The notes beneath the pieces were generated by a model, which was given only the letters and a program-made list of their open reading frames with translations, was not told the origin of the DNA and searched no databases. Of a stretch of 64,000 nucleotides of DNA, positions 32,071 through 47,029 are shown piece by piece. The stretch's first letter is position 1. Each line of letters opens with the position of its first letter. This DNA is from an uncultured Gemmatimonadales bacterium (lineage in GTDB: Bacteria; Gemmatimonadota; Gemmatimonadetes; Gemmatimonadales; GWC2-71-9). The stretch lies in NCBI GenBank assembly GCA_963739455.1, contig CAVUAK010000001.1, positions 1,824,001 to 1,888,000 on the forward strand, read 5' to 3'. The position numbers were made by a program, and so were the translations under genes.

Positions 32071-33372
32071 TTACGGGGACTTGTAGACCGTCCCGTTCTT
32101 CATCACCCACACGACCCGCTCGATGGCGCTGAAGTCATCGAGCGGGTTTCCATTTACGGCGATGATGTCGGCGAAGGCCCTGGGCTTGATGACGCCCAGC
32201 TCGTTCTCGAACCCGAGCAGCCGCGCATCGTTGACGGTCGCGGCCTGCAGCACCTGCACCGGTGTGAGTCCCGCCTGGATGTAGGCGAAGAGCACGCGCT
32301 TGGCGGCCGCACCCTGCGCGGTGCCGAGCGCGATGTACATGTCCGATCCTGCCGATATCGGTACTCCAGCCTTCACGGCACGCATGAGGCGCTCGCGCTC
32401 CGAGTTCATGTAGGCCACGAAGCCCTGGGGCAGCGGCCCCTGCATGCCGGCCGCCTTTGCGTAGGCCACGGCTGTGAGCGTGTCGACGTCGGTCGGCGTC
32501 AGGTAGACCCCCTTCTGCGCCATCATTCGGAACGTCGAGTCGGCGACCTCGTATCCGTGCTCGATCGAGTTCACGCCCGCCGCCGCGGCGCGCCATACCG
32601 CGGCGTCGTCCGTCGCATGCGCCGCCACGCGCACGCCGAGGAGCTTCGCCGTGGCGACAATGGCCTCCAGCTCGGCGGATGACAGCACGCCGGGGTTTGG
32701 CGTGTTGTTTGAGTAAACCTTGATGACCTGGGCACCCTGCGAGACGTTCTCCTGCACCGCGAGTGCTGCATCGGCTGGGCCACGGACGATGCGATACTCC
32801 TCCTCGACGATCGACTGGTAGCCGGCCTGCACGCCGGGGAACTGTCCGCCCGGCGGTGAGAGGCCGGGACCCGAGACGATCATGCGTGGTCCGTCCACGC
32901 TCCCGTCCCGGATTGCGGCGCGAAGGGCCACGTCACCGAAGCGGCCGGAGTTACCGAGGTCGCGGACCGTTGTGATCCCCGCCGCGAGGAACGTTCGAGC
33001 GCGTGCAGCCCCATGGAGAGCGCGGAGCGGCGTGCCCTCCATGGTGACTGCCTTGACCCCTTCCAGCGCACCGCCGTTCTTCGGGTCCTCGAGGTAGAGC
33101 AGGTGGGTGTGGGCGTCGATGAGGCCTGGGAGCACCGTGTATTTCGACAGGTCCACCACACGCGCACCCCTGGGCGTGGTCACCTTCGCGCCGACTTCCG
33201 CGATGCGGCCATTCACCACCAGGATCTCCTGCGGCCCCGACATCGTGCCATTCTCGCTGTCGAAGACACGCCCGGCCCGGATGACCATCGGCATCGTGTC
33301 GGGGGTGGTCTGGGCCGAAATGCTGCTTACACCGAGCAGCATGACGCTCAGCAACCCAATTGACGCTCGCAT
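32071..33372 (-). CDS. Secreted amidohydrolase (prolidase-like)
   Basis: Signal peptide, PGLIDAHTH, GITTVRDLG, VAAHA, SIEHG, ADIIAVNGNPL. Confidence 0.9.
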   Translation of the reverse strand: MRASIGLLSVMLLGVSSISAQTTPDTMPMVIRAGRVFDSENGTMSGPQEILVVNGRIAEVGAKVTTPRGARVVDLSKYTVLPGLIDAHTHLLYLEDPKNGGALEGVKAVTMEGTPLRALHGAARARTFLAAGITTVRDLGNSGRFGDVALRAAIRDGSVDGPRMIVSGPGLSPPGGQFPGVQAGYQSIVEEEYRIVRGPADAALAVQENVSQGAQVIKVYSNNTPNPGVLSSAELEAIVATAKLLGVRVAAHATDDAAVWRAAAAGVNSIEHGYEVADSTFRMMAQKGVYLTPTDVDTLTAVAYAKAAGMQGPLPQGFVAYMNSERERLMRAVKAGVPISAGSDMYIALGTAQGAAAKRVLFAYIQAGLTPVQVLQAATVNDARLLGFENELGVIKPRAFADIIAVNGNPLDDFSAIERVVWVMKNGTVYKSP

Positions 33373-33377
33373 GGTAC

Positions 33378-33405
33378 CTCCCTTTTCCCTGTTCCCGGTT
33401 CACCG
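33378..33405. repeat. Heptamer tandem tract (ttcccNN)
   Basis: ctccctt ttccctg ttcccgg ttcaccg. Confidence 0.55.
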
Positions 33406-35064
33406 CCGTTCAAACACCGTCTTTCCACCCAGTACTGTCCGCATCACCCGTGCTTCGAGGATGCTCGAAGCCGGCACTGTCATGATGTCCTGGTCGAGGA
33501 TCACGAAGTCGGCATACTTGCCGACCGATAGACTCCCCACCTCGTTCTCCATGAAGGACGCATGGGCGGGCCACATCGTCATGCCGAGCAGTGCTTCCTC
33601 GCGGGTGAGCCGCTGTGCAGGGAACCAGCCGCCATCAGGATGGTTCTCCGCATCCTGCCGCGTGACAAACGCGTGGAAGGACACGAGCGGGTTGATCGAC
33701 TCCACCGGGGCATCGGAGCCGTTGGGAATGATGACGCCGGTATTTCTCAGCGAACGCCAGGCGTATGCGCCAAGCACCCGTTCCGGGCCAATCCGTGTGG
33801 TCACCCATGCCATGTCGCTCGTCTGGTGGCTGCCCTGCATTGACGGAATCACGCCAAGCTGCGCGAAACGCGGAATGTCCTCCGGGGCGAGTACCTGCGC
33901 GTGCTCCACACGCAGGCGATAGTCCGCCGCTGGCACCTGCTTCAGCGCGGCGGCATAGGTGTCCAGCACCACGCGATTCGCGCGGTCTCCAATGGCATGG
34001 ATCGCCATCTGGTAGCCGGCCCGCAGTGCGCGCAGGACCACCTGTGCCATTTGCTCCGGCGGGATGCGGTAATGGCCGGTGTTCCCCGGGTCATCGCTGT
34101 ACGGCTCGAGCAGCGCCGCCCCCCGACTGCCCAGCGCACCATCAAGCTCGATCTTCACCGCCCGGACCCAGAGGTGCCCGTCGTAGAGTCCGATGCGCGG
34201 CTTCTGCGCCAGTTGTGCCGCGAGGAAGCTGCCTGTGTCGCTCTCGGCGAGGATCATGAGATAGCTGCGAAGATTGAACCGGCCTTCTCGGGCGAGGCTT
34301 TCGTACGTCTGGAGATCCAGGGCCTCGATCCCGGGGTCGTGGATGCCGGTCAAGCCAAAGCGATTCGCCTCAGCGATGGCCGGAAGGGTCTCGGCGCGCC
34401 TCGTCTCCACGTCATCGGCAGGGATGACGCGTTCGACCAGCTGGAATGCCACGTCGATCAGCACACCAGTTGGTTCACCGTTCGCGTCGCGGACGATGCG
34501 GCCACCTGGTGGATCGGGCGTGTTCCGCGTGATGCCCGCTGCCCGCAATGCCGCCCCGTTCACCAGGGCGGCATGGCCATCGACCCGCCGGAGATACACC
34601 GGGTTCCCAGGGGTGGCCAGGGAGAGCGCAGCGTTGTTCGGGAAGTCGGTGCCCCAGAGGTTCTGGTCCCAGCCGCGTCCACGAATCCACGTTCCCGGGG
34701 CCGCATGCGTTGCCTTGGCGGCGACCAGCGTCACCAGGGAGTCGTAGGAGGGAACGCCGCGCAAGTCGAGCGTGGCAAGGATGAGGCTGAGGTTGCGGAG
34801 GTGTGCGTGAGCGTCGATGAAACCGGGGTAGAGCGGACGGCCACCGGCATCGATCCGAACGGTGGCTGGTGCAGTGAGCGCCGCCGCCCCCGCGTTCGAG
34901 CCAACGAACACGATCCGGTCACCGCGCACCGCCAGTGCCTCAGCGCGCGGCTGCGCGGAATCGGCGGTGTAGATGATGGCATTGGTGACGACGAGATCGG
35001 CTGGATGGGACTGGGCAACGAGCAGCGCGGGAAGGAGCGCTGCGGCAAAAGCGAGTCGGATCAC
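33400..35064 (-). CDS. YtcJ-like amidohydrolase
   Basis: PGFIDAHAH, GRGWDQ, RVDGH, DGALGSRGAAL, HAIGDRAN, RVEHAQ, GSDAPVE. GTG start at 35064. Confidence 0.92.
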   Translation of the reverse strand: MIRLAFAAALLPALLVAQSHPADLVVTNAIIYTADSAQPRAEALAVRGDRIVFVGSNAGAAALTAPATVRIDAGGRPLYPGFIDAHAHLRNLSLILATLDLRGVPSYDSLVTLVAAKATHAAPGTWIRGRGWDQNLWGTDFPNNAALSLATPGNPVYLRRVDGHAALVNGAALRAAGITRNTPDPPGGRIVRDANGEPTGVLIDVAFQLVERVIPADDVETRRAETLPAIAEANRFGLTGIHDPGIEALDLQTYESLAREGRFNLRSYLMILAESDTGSFLAAQLAQKPRIGLYDGHLWVRAVKIELDGALGSRGAALLEPYSDDPGNTGHYRIPPEQMAQVVLRALRAGYQMAIHAIGDRANRVVLDTYAAALKQVPAADYRLRVEHAQVLAPEDIPRFAQLGVIPSMQGSHQTSDMAWVTTRIGPERVLGAYAWRSLRNTGVIIPNGSDAPVESINPLVSFHAFVTRQDAENHPDGGWFPAQRLTREEALLGMTMWPAHASFMENEVGSLSVGKYADFVILDQDIMTVPASSILEARVMRTVLGGKTVFERR

Positions 35065-35103
35065 CTGTTCCCTGTTCCCTCTTCCCGCAGTTGTAGTTCC
35101 CGC
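35061..35103. repeat. Heptamer tandem tract (ttcccNN)
   Basis: tcacctg ttccctg ttccctc ttcccgc ... ttcccgc. Confidence 0.6.
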
Positions 35104-35107
35104 AGGT

Positions 35108-35665
35108 TCAGGCCAGTCCCAGTGCCTCGCCGTACGCCATGCCCTGCGACATGCGGTCGTAGATCGCACCGAGGGTTTCCGGGGCGCCCGCCAGGAACCG
35201 AGCCCGCGGATCTCCCCTGGAGGGACACTCAACCTGCATCACTGCCGTGACCTGGCCTGACAGCCTGCCAAAGAACTCGGCGAGCATGCCGCAACTCACG
35301 TGGCAGGAGGGATACTCGCTGGAACCGGGTTCACCTGCCTCGGCCCACTCGATGGCGTCGAGGGCGAGCACGGCATCGCCGAGTGGGCGCGCCGTAAGCG
35401 GCCCCCAGCCGATTTCGGAGAAGAAGCGCGAAAGCACCTCGCTCAGGAACGCCTGGTCGAGGTCGCCCGGGTCGCCGAGCTGGTAAGTCTCCTTGAGCCA
35501 GGCTGCATAGGCGGCGTACAGCTCTGCACCCCCGGCAAACCCTGCTTCCTGCAGATAGGCGGCCGTCTGGACGCCCACCTCGCGATCGAGGGTGGCGCGA
35601 AGCTGCTGGAAGAAGCGGCGGCCGATGCCGACGCAGTGGCTGGAGGCGAGGAAGTTTGGATTCAT
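35108..35665 (-). CDS. V4R domain protein
   Basis: IGWG, CHVSCGMLAEFF, VECPSRGDPRARF pattern. Confidence 0.8.
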   Translation of the reverse strand: MNPNFLASSHCVGIGRRFFQQLRATLDREVGVQTAAYLQEAGFAGGAELYAAYAAWLKETYQLGDPGDLDQAFLSEVLSRFFSEIGWGPLTARPLGDAVLALDAIEWAEAGEPGSSEYPSCHVSCGMLAEFFGRLSGQVTAVMQVECPSRGDPRARFLAGAPETLGAIYDRMSQGMAYGEALGLA

Positions 35666-35684
35666 GTTGGATTCGAGTGGGAGT

Positions 35685-38494
<2,810 letters not shown>

Positions 38495-38674
38495 GCGCGG
38501 GTCCGCTGGTTGGAGATGTGCCAAACGTAATCATGACAACGGTGTAGGGCCACGGGGACCTGTGGTCGCTTGGAGGGTTGGGAATCTGGCGGTAGGTTCA
38601 TTCAGCAAGGCCGGTTGCGCGGAGGGCGGAGACACCGTTCTCGGGCTGCGTCCGGGGCAGCAGGAGGAGGTCGC

Positions 38675-38923
38675 ATGTTCGATCGTGAAGAATCAGACGG
38701 CGGTGGCAGCTTTGCCGCGGGGTTGCTCGTTGGGGCGCTGGTCGGTGCCGGCCTGGCGCTCCTCTTCGCCCCGGAGAAGGGTGAGTCAGTGCGTCGCAAG
38801 CTCGGCAAGAAGGCCCGCCGCGTGAGCGAGTCGGCCCGTGAAGTGGTGGAAGATGCGGCGGAAGAGGTGCGGGACGAGGTGGCGCGTCGTCGTCGCGAGA
38901 TTGCCCGGAACCTGGGCGTGTGA
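38675..38923 (+). CDS. YtxH-like protein
   Basis: AGGAGG RBS; FAAGLLVGALVGAGLALLFAPEKGESVR. Confidence 0.85.
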   Translation: MFDREESDGGGSFAAGLLVGALVGAGLALLFAPEKGESVRRKLGKKARRVSESAREVVEDAAEEVRDEVARRRREIARNLGV

Positions 38924-38969
38924 AGACCAGCCGGGGCGGCAGGCGCCGTCCCGGGCCGCACCGCGCCGG

Positions 38970-39749
38970 CTACTTCTTGCCGGCGATCTTCGTCAGCATC
39001 GCGGCGGCATCCCGCTTGTACATCGGGTCGCCGACGTCCTGGACGGGCAGGGTCGCGATCATCTCGAACTGTTCCCGCGCCCCGGCGTAGTTCCCGACAT
39101 CGACGTATACCAGGCCCAGGTCCAGCCGGTGGTAGATCCAGGTCGGGTTGAGCGACACGGCGCGCTGCAGGTACTTCTGCGCGTTGTCCCAGCTGGCCTG
39201 GCTGAATGCGCTCCCACCCATGAATGACTTGGCAAAGAAGCGCTCCACGCTCGACAGGCGCATGATCTCGGCATTCCAGCGGCCCAGCACGTGATAGGCG
39301 CCGTCGTGCGACTGGTCGAGGCCGATCGCCGTCAGCGCATCCTGCTGGATCTCTACTGCACGCTTGACACGTTCCTTCCGGCTCTTGGTCAGCGCGGCAC
39401 GCCCGATGGCATTCGCGAGGACGAACCACGCATCCGCGCTCTTGGGCGCGAGAATGACGGCGCGCTGGGCCAGCACCTCGGCCCGGTCATAGAGTGAGTC
39501 GCGTTCCGGGCTGGGGACCGAATCGGGGGTGAGCTTGCCCATGTCGATCAGGGTGAGCGCGGCCTTCCAGTACGCGGTGCCGTTCATCGAGTCGGCGGCG
39601 ATGGCTGCCTTGTACGCCGCGAGCGCGGCGGGAGGGTCGAGCGCCGCGCGCGCGGCATCGCCCCGGGCAATGTCGGCGGCTTCCGTCTGGGCTGCGACAG
39701 GAGCGGCGGCGAGTACAGTGAGCAACGCCAGCAGGCCGGCAGGGCGCAT
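38970..39749 (-). CDS. Secreted TPR-repeat protein
   Basis: Signal peptide MRPAGLLALLTVLAAAPVAA|Q, then helical TPR-like repeats (AYHVLGRW, YLQRAVSLNP). Confidence 0.8.
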   Translation of the reverse strand: MRPAGLLALLTVLAAAPVAAQTEAADIARGDAARAALDPPAALAAYKAAIAADSMNGTAYWKAALTLIDMGKLTPDSVPSPERDSLYDRAEVLAQRAVILAPKSADAWFVLANAIGRAALTKSRKERVKRAVEIQQDALTAIGLDQSHDGAYHVLGRWNAEIMRLSSVERFFAKSFMGGSAFSQASWDNAQKYLQRAVSLNPTWIYHRLDLGLVYVDVGNYAGAREQFEMIATLPVQDVGDPMYKRDAAAMLTKIAGKK

Positions 39750-39797
39750 CCGAGAGATCTCCATGGGGAGGACCGCGATGGGGCTGGGCAGCACTGA

Positions 39798-41123
39798 ATG
39801 GTGATTGCGCCACTGATCGAGCGCAAGCGAGATGGTTTCGCGCTGGCCCCCGAGGAGTGGCGCGCGATCATTCATGCCTTCGCCCAGGGCGAACTTCCGG
39901 ACTACCAGATGTCGGCCCTGGCCATGGCGGTGGTATGGCGTGGGCTCGAACCGGCCGAGCTCACGGCCCTCACGGACGCCATGCTCGACTCCGGTGACCG
40001 ACTCCGCTGGGATGCCCTTCCGGTGCCGCGGGTGGACAAGCACTCGACTGGTGGCGTCGGGGACAACACGTCCCTGCTCCTGGTGCCCATGGTGGCGGCG
40101 GTGGGCGTCGCCGTGCCGATGATGTCGGGCCGGGCGCTGGGCCATACCGGCGGCACGCTCGACAAGCTCGAGGCGATCGCCGGCTTCCGCACCCGCCTGA
40201 CGCTGCGCGAAGCCGAGGCCCAGGTGCAGCGCATCGGCTGTGTCATGCTGGGCCAGACCCATGAAATCGCACCAGCTGATGGACGCCTCTACGCGCTGCG
40301 CGACGTGACCGGCACGGTCGAATCGATTCCGCTCATCGCGGCGAGCATCATGTCCAAGAAGCTGGCGGAGGGACTCTCCGGGCTGGTCCTCGACGTGAAG
40401 CGGGGCAGTGGAGCCTTCATCCCGAGGCTGGAAAGTGCGCTGGAACTCGCGCAGACGATGATCGGCCTGGGTGATGCTCATGGCTGCCACACGGTGGCAC
40501 TGCTCACGGCGATGGACAGGCCGCTCGGGTATGCGTGTGGCAACGCCCTCGAGGTAGAGGAGGCCATCGCGGGCCTGCAGGGCAGCGGGCCTGCGGACCT
40601 CATGGAGGTGACCTACGCACTGGGGGTGGAAATGCTGCTGGCGACGGGTACGGAGGTTAACCGCTCTACAGCGAACACCCGCCTGCACGGGGCGGTCAGC
40701 AGCGGCGCCGCGCTCGACAAGCTCCGTCTGATGATCGAGGCACAGGGCGGCAACCCTGCCATCGTGGATGACCCGGGTGTCCTGCCCCAGGCGCGCCACA
40801 GCGAGGTCTGGGAATCGCCGCAGGACGGCTTGGTGAGCGAGGTCGTGCCTCGCGAGATCGGCCGCGCGATCAACGCGATGGGCGGCGGGCGACAGCGGGT
40901 CACCGATCACGTCGACCCGTCGGTCGGGTTCCACATCACGGTGAAGCCAGGCCAGCGGGTGGAGCGCGGCCAGCCGCTCGCCACGATCCACGCGCGGGAC
41001 GAGCATGGCCTCGGAGTCGCTCGCGCGGCGCTCGCCAGTGCCATCCGGTTCGGCGAGACGGCAGATCCCCTGCCGCTCATCTCGCACCGCGTCACCCTGA
41101 CAGGCGTGGAGGCGTTGGCATGA
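39798..41123 (+). CDS. deoA: Thymidine/pyrimidine-nucleoside phosphorylase
   Basis: KRDG, VDKHSTGGVGD, MMSGRALGHTGGTLDKLE, YALRDVTGTV, SIMSKKLA. Confidence 0.95.
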   Translation: MVIAPLIERKRDGFALAPEEWRAIIHAFAQGELPDYQMSALAMAVVWRGLEPAELTALTDAMLDSGDRLRWDALPVPRVDKHSTGGVGDNTSLLLVPMVAAVGVAVPMMSGRALGHTGGTLDKLEAIAGFRTRLTLREAEAQVQRIGCVMLGQTHEIAPADGRLYALRDVTGTVESIPLIAASIMSKKLAEGLSGLVLDVKRGSGAFIPRLESALELAQTMIGLGDAHGCHTVALLTAMDRPLGYACGNALEVEEAIAGLQGSGPADLMEVTYALGVEMLLATGTEVNRSTANTRLHGAVSSGAALDKLRLMIEAQGGNPAIVDDPGVLPQARHSEVWESPQDGLVSEVVPREIGRAINAMGGGRQRVTDHVDPSVGFHITVKPGQRVERGQPLATIHARDEHGLGVARAALASAIRFGETADPLPLISHRVTLTGVEALA

Positions 41124-41347
41124 CCATCAGCTCACCCTGGTATGGCCTCCTCGCCGGCGTTGCATTTGTGTTCTGGCTGGTACAGCGACGCCGTCGGCAC
41201 CGGGTGCCTGGCGGTCCCATCATTCATCGGGCGGAACTCGAGCAGGCGGAGCGGGAGGTGCAGGCGATGGGCGCGCAGGACAGGGTGCCGCTGGACGAGA
41301 GGGACCACTGGGGGCCCGGCGCTCCCCGGCCGCCCATCCGGCTTTGA
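41120..41347 (+). CDS. Small membrane protein
   Basis: One N-terminal TM helix followed by RRRR; ATGA overlap with upstream gene. Confidence 0.6.
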   Translation: MTISSPWYGLLAGVAFVFWLVQRRRRHRVPGGPIIHRAELEQAEREVQAMGAQDRVPLDERDHWGPGAPRPPIRL

Positions 41348-41348
41348 T

Positions 41349-41780
41349 CTAGGTCAGGGATACTTCCGGGCCGAAGGTCTCGATGAGGTCGTCGTCGTAC
41401 CGGTCGGCGAGGCGCGCGGTCTGGGTTACCAGTTCGAGCAGTTCCGGCTCCTCGACATCAGCGCAGAAACGGCCCGCCCCGAGCCAGACACAGTCGTTCT
41501 CGTCCACGGAGAACGCCGCGTAGTTCCCCAGGTCGTGATTGAGGCTGAGCAGGGTGCGGAGGAGGGTCTCCCGCCCGCGCTGCGGCAGCTTCACCACCCG
41601 GAACTTCACGTGCAGGAAGGGGTCGGCCTCGGGTTCAGTTGCGCCAAGGATCGCCACGTAGCCGGTCACCGAGCCGCGGTGCACCACCCATGCGTCGTCA
41701 CCGAGCGAGAGCTTGCCCGGGTCCTCACCGAGCCCGGTCAGGAGCTCGGGGATCTTCAGCCGGAGCGTGGCGACATCCAC
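41349..41780 (-). CDS. YbjN/T3SS-chaperone-like fold protein
   Basis: W.VHRGS, LLRTLLSLN, AAFSVDE, ARLADRYDDDL..FG; starts 1 nt after the gyrB stop. Confidence 0.7.
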   Translation of the reverse strand: MDVATLRLKIPELLTGLGEDPGKLSLGDDAWVVHRGSVTGYVAILGATEPEADPFLHVKFRVVKLPQRGRETLLRTLLSLNHDLGNYAAFSVDENDCVWLGAGRFCADVEEPELLELVTQTARLADRYDDDLIETFGPEVSLT

Positions 41781-41781
41781 C

Positions 41782-43717
<1,936 letters not shown>

Positions 43718-43725
43718 GTCTCCAG

Positions 43726-44071
43726 CTATGGTAAGGGTCTCATGCCGGGACCCGCGGCGATCCAGCGGATGCCCGCGAATCCGTCCCTGACGTCCTGCAT
43801 TGAGCCGCGCGATGATCTGTGGTGTCATGAGGCTCAGCTCGTTGGCCCACGCGGCCGTCGTTACGCGCACCCGCAGCAGGCCATCGGGTGTGATCGACTC
43901 CGCCTCCGTCACCGCCGCGATCTGCTCACCCACAAGGCGGGGCCATTCAACGATCACGGTGGCCTGCGCCACCCGCGCCCCGATACCGGTGCGACCGAGC
44001 CAGGCTGCAACCGCGTCGCCGATCGGTGCCGGCGCGCGCTTGCGGGAACCCCTCGCTTCATCGTCGCTCAT
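43726..44071 (-). CDS. dciA: DciA (DUF721) helicase-loader family protein, frameshift near 3' end
   Basis: [26 protein letters not shown]; canonical recF-dciA-gyrB order. Removing one G gives ...[19 protein letters not shown]. Confidence 0.82.
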
Positions 44072-45156
44072 GCCGACTCCCCGCCACGTGTGGCCCGGCC
44101 GCCGTTCATTTCCCACCGCGGGAGCTCGAGTTGCCGCGGCAATTCATCGCTCCGCGGCGCCGTCACGAAGAGCTGCCGTGCTCCATCGCGCGTGAGCCGC
44201 ATGGCCAGCCGCCGCTGCCGTTCCGAGTCGAGCTCCGCGAATACGTCATCCATCAGCAGCGCCGGCTCCATGCCGCGGCGCTCGCGGAGCGTGCCGAGTT
44301 CCAGCAGCTTGAGCGCGATGGCGGCGCTGCGGAGCTGGCCGGTGGAGCCGTACACCCGCAGCGGCTGGCCATCGATCGCGAGCGCGACGTCATCGCGATG
44401 GGGACCAACGGTGGTAATGCCGCGCGCCCTGTCCGTCGCGAAACTGCGAGTAAAGGCATCGTGCCATGCCCCCGGCTCGGACAACTCGGGGCGACCGGCA
44501 TACTCCAGCGTCGCGTGTCCCGATTCGTTGAGCCCCGCCAGTTCGTCGGCGAATGCCCCACCTGCGCCGGCAGCCCACGCAACACGGCGCTCCACGAGCA
44601 GCGCCCCTTCCGCCGTCAGGATCGGCTCACAGGCCCGGGCGACGTCGCCCTGCTGCTGTCGCAGCGCCGCGTTCCGGCGGGACAAGGCGCCGCGATATCG
44701 CAACAGCGCCCGCAGGTACGCCGGCTCGGCCAGTGACAGCATCCGGTCGAGAAAACGTCGCCGACCGGCGGCCGGTCCCCCAGCCAGCTCCACGTCGCCG
44801 GGAAGGAACACCACCGCGAGCCAGCGGCCGATCGCGGCGGTGAGTCGTCGCTCCTCGACGTTGTCGACGGCAATCCGCTTCTTCCGGCCCGATGCCAGGA
44901 AGGTGGCGGTCAGCGATCCCGTCGCCTCACCGTCGAACACCGCCTCGACGTGGAACCCCGTTCCGTTGAACGCGACCAGTTCCGAATCGGTCGCCCCGCG
45001 AAAGGACCGGAGCAGGACCGGGTAGTACGCCGCCTCGAGGAGATTGGTCTTTCCCTGGCCGTTCTGCCCTACAAGGGCGAACCCCCCTGACGGCACTTCC
45101 AGCTCGCCGTCCGCCAGGTTGCGGAAGCCACGGATCGCGAGGCGGGAAAGCCTCAC
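44068..45156 (-). CDS. recF: DNA replication/repair protein RecF
   Basis: [41 protein letters not shown]. Confidence 0.96.
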   Translation of the reverse strand: MRLSRLAIRGFRNLADGELEVPSGGFALVGQNGQGKTNLLEAAYYPVLLRSFRGATDSELVAFNGTGFHVEAVFDGEATGSLTATFLASGRKKRIAVDNVEERRLTAAIGRWLAVVFLPGDVELAGGPAAGRRRFLDRMLSLAEPAYLRALLRYRGALSRRNAALRQQQGDVARACEPILTAEGALLVERRVAWAAGAGGAFADELAGLNESGHATLEYAGRPELSEPGAWHDAFTRSFATDRARGITTVGPHRDDVALAIDGQPLRVYGSTGQLRSAAIALKLLELGTLRERRGMEPALLMDDVFAELDSERQRRLAMRLTRDGARQLFVTAPRSDELPRQLELPRWEMNGGRATRGGESA

Positions 45157-45192
45157 AAAAATAGTCGGTTGGGGGAGGGTGTTGCAGGCCTG

Positions 45193-45976
45193 TCAGTGAC
45201 CTTCAAAGGCGGGCTTCCGCTTCTCGAGGAAAGCGCGGGTTCCCTCGCGCATGTCGTCGGTGGAGGAGAGCAAGCCGAACAGGTTGGCCTCGAGCAGGAG
45301 GGCATCCTCCTGGCTCATCTCGTAGCCGGCGTCAACCGCCTCGAGCACTGACCGCACGCGCGAGCGGGCCTTGCTCCATGATGCCCCGCACCAGTGCCTC
45401 GGCGTCACTGAGAAGCCGGTCGGCAGGCACGACTCGACTCACCAGCCCGATGCGCAGTGCCTCGGCGGCGTCGATGATCGCGCCGGTCAAGAGGAGCTCC
45501 AGGGCCCGCCCCTTTCCGACAATGCGCGGCAGTCGCACGGTGCCGCCGTATCCGGGAAGGAGGCCCAGTTTCACCTCCGGCTGGCCGAACTTGGCCGTAT
45601 CGCTCGCGATCCTGATGTGGCATGCCATCGCCAGCTCGCAGCCGCCGCCCAGGGCAAAACCATTGACCGCCGCCACCACCGGCTTGTTCAGTCGCTCGAA
45701 GGCGCGGAACACCAGTTGACCGGCGCGTGCCCGCGCCTTGCCGTCCATCGGGCCCTGGGTGGTGAGCTCGCTGATATCGGCACCGGCAACGAACGCCTTG
45801 GGCCCCGCCCCGGTGAGGATTACGGCGTGCACTGCAGTGTCGGCCGCCACTGCCGCGGCCGCATCACCCAGCTCCCGGATGACGGTGCCATTCAGGGCGT
45901 TCAGCTTGTCGGGACGGTTGATCGTGACGCGGGCCAGGCCATCGGCCACATCGTAGAGGAGGGTCTCGTAAGCCAT
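45193..45976 (-). CDS. Enoyl-CoA hydratase/crotonase (frameshift near 45365)
   Basis: INRPDKLNAL, FVAGADI, ALGGGCELAMAC, FGQPEV; C-terminus DMREGTRAFLEKRKP in the other frame. Confidence 0.9.
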
Positions 45977-46021
45977 GCCCAAACTTAATCGCGCTGAGCG
46001 CCAGGCCGCCTATCTTTGGGC

Positions 46022-47029
46022 ATGACGATTCCCGTGACCGTAGCATGGACGCCCGAGGGGCTGGTGGTGCTCGACCAGGCGCGCCTTCCGGGCGAAGAGG
46101 TGTATGTGACCCTGCGGACGGTGGCCGAGGTGGCCGACGCCATCCGCACCCTGCAGGTGCGCGGCGCGCCCCTGATCGGAATTGTGGGTGCCATGGGCGT
46201 GGCACTGGCCGCGCGCGAACCTGGCGACGAGTCCGCTGCCGCCGTGCGGAAGCGGGTGGATCGTGCCGGACGACTATTGGCGGCCACCAGGCCCACGGCG
46301 GTTAATCTCCGCTGGGCGATCGACCGGATGCTCGAAGTGACCAACCGGACGATGCCGGACGCGCGCCGCCTGACCGATTCACTGGTGGCGGAGGCCAAGG
46401 CGATCCATGACGAGGATCGCGCGATGTGCGACGCGATCGGTGAGCATGGGCTCGTGGTCGTCCCCGACGGCGCCATCGTGCTGACGCATTGCAATGCCGG
46501 CTCACTGGCGACCGGTGGCATCGGCACGGCGCTGGCGCCGGTATACCGTGCGCACCAGGCGGGTCGCAAGGTCCATGTCGTCGCCGACGAGACACGACCG
46601 GTGCTTCAGGGCGGTCGCCTCACCGCCTGGGAGCTCACCCGCGCCGGCGTTCCCTGTACGCTGATCGCAGACAGCATGGCCGCGAGCCGGCTCCGCAAGG
46701 GCGACGTGACCTGCGTCATCGTTGGCGCCGATCGGATCGCGGCCAACGGCGACACGGCCAACAAGATCGGCACCTATCCGCTGGCCCTCGCGGCCAGGGC
46801 GCACAACGTGCCGTTCTACGTCGCGGCGCCGCAGTCCACCTTCGACCTTGCGACCCCCAATGGCGCCGCGATTCCCATCGAGGAACGCCACGCCGATGAG
46901 ATCACGATGATCGGTGGTCGCCGGATTGCGCCCGACGGCGTGGCGGTGTGGAATCCGGCCTTCGACGTGACGCCCGCGTCGTTGATCACCGGGTTCATTA
47001 CCGATCGCGGTCTCCTGACGCGCCCGTGA
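46022..47029 (+). CDS. mtnA: S-methyl-5-thioribose-1-phosphate isomerase
   Basis: VRGAPLIG, RPTAVNL, LTHCNAGSLAT, ETRP.LQG.RLTAWE, GADRIAANGD, NKIGTY, NPAFDVTP. Confidence 0.95.
   Translation: MTIPVTVAWTPEGLVVLDQARLPGEEVYVTLRTVAEVADAIRTLQVRGAPLIGIVGAMGVALAAREPGDESAAAVRKRVDRAGRLLAATRPTAVNLRWAIDRMLEVTNRTMPDARRLTDSLVAEAKAIHDEDRAMCDAIGEHGLVVVPDGAIVLTHCNAGSLATGGIGTALAPVYRAHQAGRKVHVVADETRPVLQGGRLTAWELTRAGVPCTLIADSMAASRLRKGDVTCVIVGADRIAANGDTANKIGTYPLALAARAHNVPFYVAAPQSTFDLATPNGAAIPIEERHADEITMIGGRRIAPDGVAVWNPAFDVTPASLITGFITDRGLLTRP

Noticed and set aside
45157..45192. Replication origin near recF/gyrB
   Set aside because: No dnaA/dnaN, no long intergenic gap and no DnaA-box cluster seen.
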